Of a stretch of DNA of 64,000 nt, positions 35,498 to 46,800 are shown in pieces. Origin of the DNA: Tubulanus polymorphus. Taxonomy: Eukaryota; Animalia; Nemertea. The stretch is from assembly GCF_964204645.1 (NCBI RefSeq), contig NC_134034.1, positions 11,668,962-11,732,961 of the forward strand, given 5' to 3'. The position numbers and the translations under genes were made by a program. How positions within the stretch are numbered: position 1 is the stretch's first letter; every line of letters starts with the position of its first letter. The notes under the pieces were generated by a model that saw only the letters and a list, made by a program, of their open reading frames with translations, had not been told where the DNA came from and made no database searches.

Positions 35498-35909
35498 CGG
35501 AAGCGATAAGGGGCCTCGAGATGTCGCGTTCCAACTCGACAAGTCGCCATATTTATGTCGACATACCGCGATATATCGCGTCAAGTCGACATGAATATGT
35601 CGATATATCGTGACGTTTTGACGACATATTTCGTTTTCACGACCACTTTCCTCGCGACAAGTCGACATATTCATGACGACTTACAACTCAGTCGTCATAT
35701 CACTGGTGTCCTCATCTTGCATTTAGACATGTCTTCAAATGACGGCTTGTCCCGTGGAAAATGGGCGAAAAAGCGAAATTTGTCGTGAAAACGTCACGAT
35801 ATGTCGACATATTCATGTCGACTTGACGCGATATATCGCGATATGTCGACATAAATATGACGACTTGTCGAGCTGGAACGCGACATCTCGAGGCCCTTTA
35901 TCGCTTCCG
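35498..35909. mobile_element. CpG-rich palindromic MITE family D copy 2 (opposite orientation)
   Basis: Same TIRs, TA on both sides; the internal asymmetric segment is inverted relative to copy 1. Confidence 0.87.
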
Positions 35910-35963
35910 TAGCTTTTCATAAATGTAAACAGCAGCATAGCAGATTCTAAATGGTATTGAATT

Positions 35964-37520
35964 TTAGTTGGATTCCTTTTTGACACATGTTTCTTGTACA
36001 TGAATCTCATTTTCGATTTCCTGCAAACTCGATGGTGTACTATCGTTTTGACTAAAGGTACCGTATTCGTTTTTTAGAGATCCACCCGCTTTTTCGAATA
36101 ATTTAATACGTTCAGTATAAACGTTTCCGTCGCAAGCGATCCAAATAATCCCACCTAAACAAACGATATAGATTGCTGCTTCAATGACAAACGCCATTCC
36201 CGGGAATATCTGGAAAGTTACGGAGTATAGATTTGTGAAGATGATTGCCCCTAGTAGATTCGAGGCCGTCTCGCCACTCGAAAGCAAAGAGAATATTTTA
36301 CCAATTTCATCTTCATCAACCAACTTACTAATGATTGATTTTGAACCGGATACAATCATACCGCTGACTGAACCGACTATTACTCCAACAAAAATCATCC
36401 ATGTTTGGTCGCTGACTGATACGAAAACTAACCGGGAAGTTTTGAAAACTATACCGATGATAACTAAATTCACATCTTGAATCCTAAATATAACCGATAA
36501 TAGTGGTAAGAGCAAACACAAAGCTAACCCTAGACTTGCGTAATCGACGGCTAACAAGTAACCGTACAATGATTTGGACCAACTCAACGGGTAATATCTC
36601 ACAAAAAGTAAAGTTACATCGATTTCTCCAGCTTTACAAATCTGATTCGCGATAACTACGAAAAAAACGACAACAAGGTGAAATCGCGAATGCCCCTGTC
36701 TCGGTTTGATAAGTACTTCCACCGAATCGCGAATGTTAACCGGGTTGAATAAGAATGGTTTACCGTTCTTCTTCGTCGGTTCTATTTCGGGATAAATGTC
36801 GTTAGATTCGATTCCGGGCACACTTTCCTTCAAAAACATAAGCAGTACTATTACGCACGCGGCCAATATAGCCATAACGATGAGGAAAATGAAGTTAAAA
36901 CTGAGTCTATCCAGAAGTGAACCGGCCAACAATGACCCGAGAAAAAGTCCGAAAAAATTCATCGCCAAAAGTTTACTCAGTTTTTTGGTTCGGTTTTCCT
37001 TACTGCTCACATCCGAAACGTAGCTGTATACAGCCATACTAAGTACAGCGCTTTTTCCAAAACAGCCATTGATGGCCGCTCCGATTAAAACAAATGCAAG
37101 AGCGGACGATTGAGGTAGCATGCCAAACATATAAAACAAGCACGCAATGATGGCGCCTACGCAAGGAAGAATCATCAGCAACTTTCTTCCAACTATGTCG
37201 CTCCAAGCTCCGCAAAATAATCCAAGAACAATCGCTGGAAAATTTAGCAAAATCTTATAATACATTATGTAATATGCCGAGAGTATTTGGACGTGGGTCT
37301 CTTCAGTCGGGTGTTTGCGTAAACTATAACATAAGCCATGATCCTGATACTCGATTAAACATACTTCTTGATAAATGAGTAACTTGACAGTTGGTTCTAA
37401 CAGTGACTCAGCCGATTTGTACATTAAAAACACCATTTCGGCAACGATTGCACCACTTTTTATGCACTCCATCGACGAACAAGGAAAGCACGATTTAGGC
37501 CTACTGTCCTTGGCGCCCAT
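35964..37520 (-). CDS. SLC46/PCFT-like MFS transporter, intronless CDS, 518 aa
   Basis: Single ORF with about 12 hydrophobic segments. Motifs GAWSDIVGRK (MFS motif A), YSYVSDVS...RT, FLKES, SIISKLVDEDEIGKIFS, and a Cys pair in loop 1, all typical of SLC46. Confidence 0.88.
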   Translation of the reverse strand: MGAKDSRPKSCFPCSSMECIKSGAIVAEMVFLMYKSAESLLEPTVKLLIYQEVCLIEYQDHGLCYSLRKHPTEETHVQILSAYYIMYYKILLNFPAIVLGLFCGAWSDIVGRKLLMILPCVGAIIACLFYMFGMLPQSSALAFVLIGAAINGCFGKSAVLSMAVYSYVSDVSSKENRTKKLSKLLAMNFFGLFLGSLLAGSLLDRLSFNFIFLIVMAILAACVIVLLMFLKESVPGIESNDIYPEIEPTKKNGKPFLFNPVNIRDSVEVLIKPRQGHSRFHLVVVFFVVIANQICKAGEIDVTLLFVRYYPLSWSKSLYGYLLAVDYASLGLALCLLLPLLSVIFRIQDVNLVIIGIVFKTSRLVFVSVSDQTWMIFVGVIVGSVSGMIVSGSKSIISKLVDEDEIGKIFSLLSSGETASNLLGAIIFTNLYSVTFQIFPGMAFVIEAAIYIVCLGGIIWIACDGNVYTERIKLFEKAGGSLKNEYGTFSQNDSTPSSLQEIENEIHVQETCVKKESN

Positions 37521-38057
37521 TTTCCCAAATTGGCGATAAGAGTTGAAATCCGCTTTTTATGAAGTATAAGCAACTTTGAGACGGATTCGGTAATATATCA
37601 CAAGTTATATAATTCGTACGGCACAATCGAAATTTTCAGAAGAGATTTTCCAGTTATCGCCCAAAATCGACTACAGTAACAGTACGTCTACTGATGAATG
37701 CACACACGTTGGACGGTACTGATTTCCGTGTCGTTGGAGATTACTTGTCCAACAGCAATCTAATCTGATTTCCAGTTTGAAAGCTCTCGCGACGTGTCTG
37801 GTAGACTGGTCGCCTAGTAGACTAGTCTGCCCTTAATTGCTGGTCACTCAGATATTAGTACCAATTTAAATAATGGCTTTTCTCCACATAATTCCCTTCT
37901 TTCTAAGTATATTACTTCATGCCTCGCCAAACACTAATTATTTACTCACTCACCAATCAATTAACCTGTCCTCCTCTGTATATATACCCCTGTTTTTAAT
38001 CTATATCCATAGAACTATAACGGAATATAGTTCGGTTATAGTTCTATGCTATATCTT

Positions 38058-38099
38058 ACACCTGACGATGATCTCTAGGGTGAGATCGAAACGTCGTGT
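38058..38099 (+). ncRNA. Canonical minimal hammerhead ribozyme motif in a probable Penelope pLTR remnant
   Basis: ACAC-CTGACGA-T-GATCTC-tagggt-GAGATC-GAAA-C-GTC-GTGT, followed by AATAAA near 38120. Confidence 0.8.
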
Positions 38100-39519
38100 C
38101 TTTTATATATTTTTGATTGAATAAATGAATTCTGGTTTTTAAATTCGTTTAATCTGTAAATAGTGGGATTTTATCTTATTGGTCGCCGGTCTCTACCTTT
38201 CAGCTACTATTTTGACTGCGAATGCAGGTGGCGCAGAATTGGACAGGCGACCAGTCTAGTCTATGAAATACACTCGCTAGACTAGACTGGTTGCCTGTCC
38301 CATTTTGAAGCTAGATCAGTTGGGTGGCGGGCCGGGAATGGACTGAAAAATCCCAAAATTCTCACAATACTACGCACTGAAACTACGAAACTGCCATAAT
38401 TAGTTTAACCATCTTTGAAAAGATAAATTCAGCAGGCTTTTTATTTTATAAGTATACTATAAGTCGTGCAGGAGGTGTCGCCTCTACCGGTCATTTCGAG
38501 CACTAAATCGCCATTACCAGGAAGTAAACTGTGATGGGAGTTGTTTGATAAAAAATTCGATTTATTTCACCGAAATTCTCAGAAATTCAGCGACCGCGAA
38601 ACGAGATGAGAATCTCAGATTAATTAGCGAGATTCGATAGGGGATATCAGTAAAACAGGTGAGTGAGACAAGCCGTCACTAATCGGTGACTGAGACCTTA
38701 AACCCTGCCAAAAAGGCAAAAATCAACACAGTTGTGAACCAGGGTCGCAGCACCACAAGTCAGACATTGACGGCTCATCCCTATAGTTTCAATTACTGTT
38801 ACTCTCAGCATGTTAGTAATCAGAAGGGTGATATTATTATTGTTCTCATATTGGATTTGTTTGTACTAATATTAGGCTTTTTAAAGCAGGCTATTAGTCC
38901 CGGGCTATTAGTCCCGGCCCATTAGTCCTCTGCGGTGTCTGTCAAACAGAGAGGTCATAAGTCAATCATATGAATAATGAACTCGGTCGGGTCCTGTGAG
39001 AAAGAGAGAGAGTTGGGCTTGTTTTTCACAACGGCCCCCTCTTCACCCCCTCTGCTGCATGCATGTCTAACTTATGTATAAAGGGTATATATGATATTTA
39101 AATGACTTGTTTTATCAATAGGCCTAGGCTATAGGTCTATAGTGAGGATTATGGGGGCCAAATGTTGCCTTATGTTTTCTTACTTTCTACATTAAGGCAG
39201 GATGTCAACATCTTTTCTTCCTAGTTGTAAAAGTAGCAAATAACGAAGTTAATTAGCCTAATTAGAATTTTCACCAATGGAAAGCTCTCCGCTTAACATA
39301 AGTCTGTTAGACCTAATTATGATAATTTAGGTCTATTTACATTCCTATTTACATAATGTATGTGGACGGTTCCGTACTTAATAACCTTCACGTCGTCCAT
39401 TTCCATAGCAACAATTATTGAATTTCGTCTTATATTTTTTGTAGATTTCGATTTTGAGAAAAATTTGCCTGCGTTTTGCACCACGCCGGAGATCGGAATA
39501 GAGGAAGGACGACGACGAC

Positions 39520-40792
39520 ATGCCAGGGCCTCCTCCTCCGCCCCCGCCACCCCCGGGGCCACCACCGCCTCCAATGCCCGGTAAGGGCTCGTCCGGGCCG
39601 CCCTCGTCGAAGGATCGCAGCGCGTTGCTGTCGTCGATTCACGGAGGAATGAAATTGAAGAAAACCGTCACTAATGACCGCAGCTCTCCGCTCGTCGGAG
39701 GTAAGAATCTATCGCGAGTTTAAACATTTTTCCATTATTTATTCTTAATAGAAAATCAAGTCATCACCGATTTACAGCGGATTCGTTTATTCAGCTATCA
39801 CTGGATCATACGTAGTTTAAAACCTCACCAGGGGCCAGTTGTACAGTCGTGACTTAAGTCAAAAAGTGGTCTTAAATCTTAAGACTGGCCTTAAGTTGTT
39901 AGATTGGCTATAGAGCTACGTTGGTCTTAGACTTGTCTTAAGTCTAAGTCATGACTATGCAACCGGCCCCTGAAACCATTCCCTACTAAAACAATTCATT
40001 CAAGTAATAACCATTTTAAAACTAGTTTCTCCATTAGATTCATTCTTAATCGAACTAGAGCTTGGATTTACGACGCGGCTGAGTTTCATAGATGTGACGG
40101 TAAAATAATCCGAGCTAGGAACGTTTCAAAATTTGTCCGATGTTATCATGGTTTCTCGTTGTTACTTCGGTTGAGAATTTATTCCGTGGGGTAACTTTGA
40201 TTTGATACCCGATCGATGAAACTGGGCCCAGGTTCTGGATTTCCCCCCCCCGGGTTTAACTCTTAAATCGATTTAATTTCTTCATTAATTCAGTTTATCT
40301 TAAATCGATTTAGGCCTTTAATCCTTTTCGTGAAACTGGGCCCAGGCCCGGTTTGAGGATTTACCCGCGGTCTATGAAACCAGGCCGAGGTCTATTTCTT
40401 CAGCTTGTACCCTGCACCCTCTAAGACATCCATCCTTACATTTTCACATCGGTACTTCACCTGAGACTTCTTAAACTAAGCTACCAAGATAATGAACTAC
40501 AAACACCAGACATCAGACATTTTATCTGCAAACTTTCAAAAACTAATCGTCAAGAACTCATGCTATAATTGTGAATGTTTCAATGGGTGCAGGTATCAGG
40601 CTTAATAAACCAGGTCCGCTTTTATTAACCGGTATTACCTTTAACCTGCGGGTTAACTCAATTCATTTTCAATAAATCTAGCCCCTGGGTTAAAGGTAAT
40701 ACCGATGTATAAAACTGGCTCCAGAATATCTTATAGCGGTTCGATATATTTTTCATCCTCTGCTGTTTATATATAACACAAATATTATATAT

Positions 40793-40834
<42 letters not shown>

Positions 40835-43800
40835 CGAAGTCTATAGCGAATTTCTCTCTTATTCTTTATCATCGAACACGCGTACGTGCAGCTGCGGTGA
40901 TCATCTCGACGCGACGCAGCAGCACCAGCGGCACCGGGGGCTGGGGCGGTAAGAAAAAACGCCCGGCGCCCCGCGTGCCGCTGAATAATAACTACGAAAA
41001 ATACGACGATCATCATCATCACGACCTGCCTCGACCTATTAAATTCCTACCTCCCCGACATTCCTGGGCTGCAGGTATCAGCGCACTCTCTCTCGTCGTT
41101 CATCTCAATGTCTCTCTGTCTCAATGTCTCAATGCTTTATATGTCGTCCGCAGTTAGTAAATAGTAAACAGTAGTAGGCCTACAGTAGACCCCGCTTAAG
41201 TCAGATCCAATCAACTCAGAGATAACTGTTCAACCCTTTCAGTGCGTCTACACCGCAGTGCGATGTATGAATCCGTGATGGATGGTGTATTGATTTAATT
41301 AGTAATTAGTTTTTATCTCTATTGAAAGATGGCAGCACCTGTCAAACATAGTGAATTAACGATACACCGCGCCGCGGTGTATACGCACTATAGTGGTATT
41401 CCCGTTATTCAACACACTAGGGTGGAATTTTTCAAAATTTTCAAATTATCTCCAGCACTATAGGGTATTGACTAATGTCTATTTATTAATTGATGAGACT
41501 TGTTTTTCTGGGATATTTTGCTCACTTTTTGGGGTACATACCTCATTTATGTCTCAACAGAATGCCAAAAATCGCGGACAACAACTGAATATCCGATATA
41601 TTTCCAGTTCTGTACCAATTAGATGGATTGGCAAAAAGACTCCTTAAGTCCAGTTGAATGAGAGAGAAAATCCTCCATTTTGTCAAATTTCTTGGATTTG
41701 AACATTGTTACCATGCCTACGCCACCCTGATTTAGTTGTTGAGACCCCACAAGAAAAATAACTTCATTTCGTAGGCATGGTGACAATGTAAAAATTCAAG
41801 AAATTTCACAAAATGGAGGATTTTCTCTCTCATTCAATTGGACTTAAGGAGTCTTTTTGCCAATCCATCTAATTGGTACAGAACTGGAAATATATCGGAT
41901 ATTCAGTTGTTGTCCGCGATTTTTGGCATTCTGTTAAGACATAAATGAGGTATGTACCCCAAAAAGTAAGCAAAATATCCAAGAAAAACAGGTCTCATCC
42001 ATTAATAAATAGACATTAGTCAGCACTGAAAGGTTAATTAAATCATCAGAGATAACTGTTTAAGTTATCAGAGATAGCTGAGCAGAGATAACTTTAACTC
42101 AGATGATGTTAGTTGAAATATTTGTGTGACACCATAAATAGGCCTGGAATCTAACTTGAATATCACTATAGTCACGAGTTGAAGTCCTATTTGAGCGGAG
42201 TCTACTTTTCATCTACAGCGGAACTCGCTGCTTGCTCTGTGTAAAAAGTTTAACTGTTTCCTAGTAGCGGCCCATCTCTTCACCCATCGCGCCTCGTGGT
42301 GTGCCTGATGTGACTCAACAGAAAAAAAAAACGAATGAAAGATGAATGAAAAACTGTCACGAAATTGAGTCATGAGTGATGACAATTTAATAGGTTATAG
42401 TGATACGGATCAGAAGAGTTCGTTCAACTGATAACATATATTTCTCACTCCCCGGCTAGTTGTACAGTTGTGGGAAAGTCTAAAGCACAAGAACCAAAAT
42501 TTAATTTTTGCGCATCTTCTTGGCCCCACTGGGATTTGAACCCGGATCTCTTACTCGCCAGCGTTTTGTCCTAACCACTAGACCAACGGCGTGTACTGAT
42601 CGACTGAGTGTCCGGTCAATGTGGTGGTCGTTTTACTGTGCTGGCCAGTTATGCGCGTCTGGTTGGTTGTGTCACTATTTACTAACAGTTTCACTATCAT
42701 TATCTGAAGAGCTCGCACTTGGTTTTAGAACCAAAACGAACATTGTAAGATCTAACCCGTTGACTAACTGTGCAGCTGTCTCCTCGACTTCTGCTGATAA
42801 CCTAATGATGTTTTTTTTTTGTTGAAAGCATGATTGTGATGCATGTGATGTTGATACGTATAAGTGTTGAATATTCTCATAATTCAGGGGCTGATCCAGG
42901 AATTTTTAATAGTGCGGGGTGGGGTTAAAAAATCTGAGGCCTATGCGGTACTTAGTACATGAACGCGAGTGCCATAGACGCAGATTCTTTAAGCAGGTTT
43001 AAGGGGCCCCAAGGAAAATTTTGAAAATAACGGATCATTTGTAGGTTCTAGAAACAAAATGACCTGCAATTATTTGCCACTTGATGTGTAATTTTCTTAA
43101 GCCAAGTCGTGAAAATTGTGATGGGGGGAGTAGGGGACCACGGAAGAACCTCTTGGATCCTCCCCGTATGTTTCCCAGGGGCCGGTTGCGTAGTCGTGGC
43201 TTAGACCAATCTAAGACCAACTTAGTTCTATAGACAATCTAACAACTTAAGATCAGTCTTGAGATTTAAGACCACTTTTGGACTTAAGTCACGACTGTGC
43301 AACTGGGCCCCGATGAAAAAAGTGTCCTTGAATCAGAAATACATGGGTTGGAAACTGAGCGGCAGCAGCAGCGGCAGCAGCAGCAGCAGCAGCGGGGCTT
43401 GAGAATGAGATTGAATAATGCAGCATACATTCTCCTGCTCGGTTTGCTGCTCCTATTCTGTTACGAGATGCTTTCTTAACGTAAAAAACGTCGGTCTAAG
43501 GGGTACAGTTAGCAGCACCTACTCTAGTGTTAAGTGAGTCTATTCTGGGGATCTATTTACTCACGCGTGTACCACTGTGAAAGTCGAGTACCTTTAGTTT
43601 AATACATCTGCACTGTAATAATCATAATATTTGGGTTACGGTTTAATATGAATCTAGGTTTGAACAGTCTGAGAAAAAAGTGTGTTCTCTGAGTTCGGTC
43701 TTAGAAAATGTATGATTATCAAATTAGAGTCTACTGTATTTCACAAACTCTTACTCAGTATTTGACACCAACTCTGGGTAGAATTTTACCAGTTTCAACT

Positions 43801-46800
43801 TTACCGCAGTAAGAGACAGAGTCTACTGTATTTCACAAACTCTTACTCAGTATTTGACACCAACTCGGGGTAGAATTTTACCTGTCTCAACTTTACCGCA
43901 GTAAGAGACAGAGTCTACTGTATTTCACAAACTCTTACTCAGTATCTGACACCAACTCGGGGTAGAATTTTACCAGTTTCAACTTTACCGCAGTAAGAGA
44001 CATAGTCTACTGTATTTCACAAACTCTTACTCAGTATTTGACACCAACTCTGGGTAGAATTTTACCAGTTTCAACTTAACCGCAGTAAGAGACAGAGTCT
44101 ACTGTATTTCACAAACTCTTACTCAGTATTTGACACCAACTCGGGGTAGAATTTTACCAGTCTCAACTTTACCGCAGTAAGAGACTGAGTCTACTGTATT
44201 TCACAAACTCTTACTCAGTATCTGACACCAACTCGGGGTAGAATTTTACCAGTCTCAACTTTACCGCAGTAAGAGACAGAGTCTACTGTATTTCACAAAC
44301 TCTCACTCAGTATCTGACACCAACTCGGGGTAGAATTCTACCAGTCTCAGTATTTTTACGGCAGTTAGAGAGAAAGAGCCTATTCGTGCCGATATTAGTC
44401 CTTGATACAGTTTTTAAACCTTGCATGAAAGTCAAGTATTAGCACAATATGATAATGAATTCATGGAAGAAATATATTTCTATCGGTCTCGTACAGTAGC
44501 GTTATCTGTTACCTGTTTACATTTATGAAATAAACCAAACAAAAAACTGAATATTTTATGGAACTTTTTTTTTTTTAAAGAAGTCAAGAGTCCACGTAAC
44601 GTTAACCTCATGTATAGAATTTGCTTTTATTTTCTCTGCAGGGAAGTCATCGAGCAGCGCCTCCTCTGGCGGGGGAGGTGGTGGTGGCGGCGGTGGCGGT
44701 ATGGGCGGCGGTCCACCGGGCCTCGGCGGTCTGTTCGCCGGCGGCATGCCGAAATTACGTTCAACCGGAAACCGATCGGCTACGGGTAGGTGTTCGATAT
44801 TCGTGTAATTTTCGTCCCATTAACAATGCATGTAAATGAATTTACGTTCAGATTTTTTTACGATACTAATATCGTATTTCAATTTGTGTTACACAGTTCG
44901 CTAGGAGTCGTAACTAATTCAATGCAACTGGTTTTTGTCAAATGTTTATCGCGTTTTCTAACCGGCTTTTTACTAGTTTTTGCTTTCAAACCTGTCTCCT
45001 TGTTGCTTTGTATTGAAAACATTTTGATTTTTGTTGCTTTCATTTCGATCACTATTGAGTGAATTGTAGAAATTAATAGAAATGGATTCATATTCAAATT
45101 AAACCCACTCCACTGTGGAACTGGGTCCGGAGACAAATTAAACCCACACAACTGTGGAACTGGGTCCAGAGTCAAATTAAACCCACACAACTGTGGAACT
45201 GGGTCCAGAGTCAAATTAAACCCACACAACTGTGGAACTGGATTTAGAGACAAATTAAACCCACACAACTGCGCATACACAACTGTGGAACTGGGTTTAG
45301 AGACAAATTAAACCCACACAACTGCGGATACACAACTGTGGAACTGGATTTAGAGTCATATTGTATACTGACGAAACTGTGGAACTCGATTCCGAAAAAA
45401 TTGAACCCATACAACTGTGGAACTGGGTTCAGTCAAATTAAACCCACCCGGTTTGTAGTTAGGCCTAAGCGGTAACAGTTTTTAAAACTGGAGTGGTGAT
45501 TTTTCGGAACGGGAAGACAAACTTTTATGGAGAATCGAGAACTTGAATGGCGCAGAATAGAATGTGTAAGTATATGATGTATTATTGGAAGCATGTCACA
45601 TAGCAACACAACAACAGCAGCGGCAGTTACACGTATTATAGCATGAGAACCTGGATGCTTATTCCGTTTAAAACTAACTACCATTAATATCATCACATCG
45701 AATCAATCAAATAAATAAGAACGACAATCCCCTAATTCCACGATAAAAAACCCAAAGCAAAAAAATATAGCTGCAAAGCAGCGATTTTGGGTTTTCTGCC
45801 TAGCAGCATCATTGATATGCCAACCTTTGGAAATTTTTTAGATACAAAATATAGTTGCAAAGCAACGATAACTGGTTTTCTGCCTAGTAGCATCATTAAT
45901 ATGCAAACCTTTGGAAATCATAAACATAAAATGTAGCTGCAAAGCAGCGATATTGGGTTTTCTGCCTAGCACTGTCCTTCAAATTCAGAATGTAGGGAAT
46001 TATAGAAACAGAAAATATTTATATTATCCTTATATATGTTTTATGAGTCTTAAAATTACCCTCAAAATCTACAGGCTCCGATCTAGCGCTATACATATAT
46101 CTGTTAAGAATATCACAATAAAACAAATTCGTTACTTAAGATTTCAATTCATTTCAAATCGTTCATTTTCAACGTCTAAATGACTTATTATTTTTGATTT
46201 CAGGTAAGCTGAAACTGCAGAAAAAAACCTACTAGACTCGACTGACAGCGAAGGGCAGCGCTTTTAAATATAGTTCATGACATTTATGATTCGCTAAATA
46301 TTACAAATATATGATAATTTTTGTAAAATATTTCCGCTTCAGGTTCTTGTTGTTAAATGCTTTATTCGTGATTAAAACGTTACTAATTACCGCAGTTAAT
46401 AATTAAGAAATGTTGATTAACGATTAATTAATTGCGTGTTGAATTCTAATGAAGTTATATTTCATTGTTTACAATAAAAAAAGATTTGAGAAATTTAATT
46501 TATCTGTTTTTTATTTGGTTCAAGCGGCTTATCAATTTATGGCTGCCATCAAATGATCTATAAACATTTTCATCAAAGATGGCTGCCTTACTATCTCCCT
46601 ATGACACCATCAAATTGATAAGCTATCTAATTTGAATAAAGCCGAATGATCATTGATGTCAAAGGGGATTAGGGAAGGGGTGGGCATTATTCTTCAGTAG
46701 TTACGCGGTTTAGATATCCATAGAAACAGTTTCCCGGTTACCCGCGAGGGTAATACCACGGAAATAAAATACCAGTGAAATTAAAATCTGTCCGAGGGTT

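Noticed and set aside
34618-35788. Several ORFs over the CpG-rich palindromes
   Set aside because: They lie within MITE family D and mirror each other on both strands.
42521-42592. Functional tRNA gene
   Set aside because: A and B boxes are present but the anticodon and acceptor stems do not pair; treated as SINE-like.
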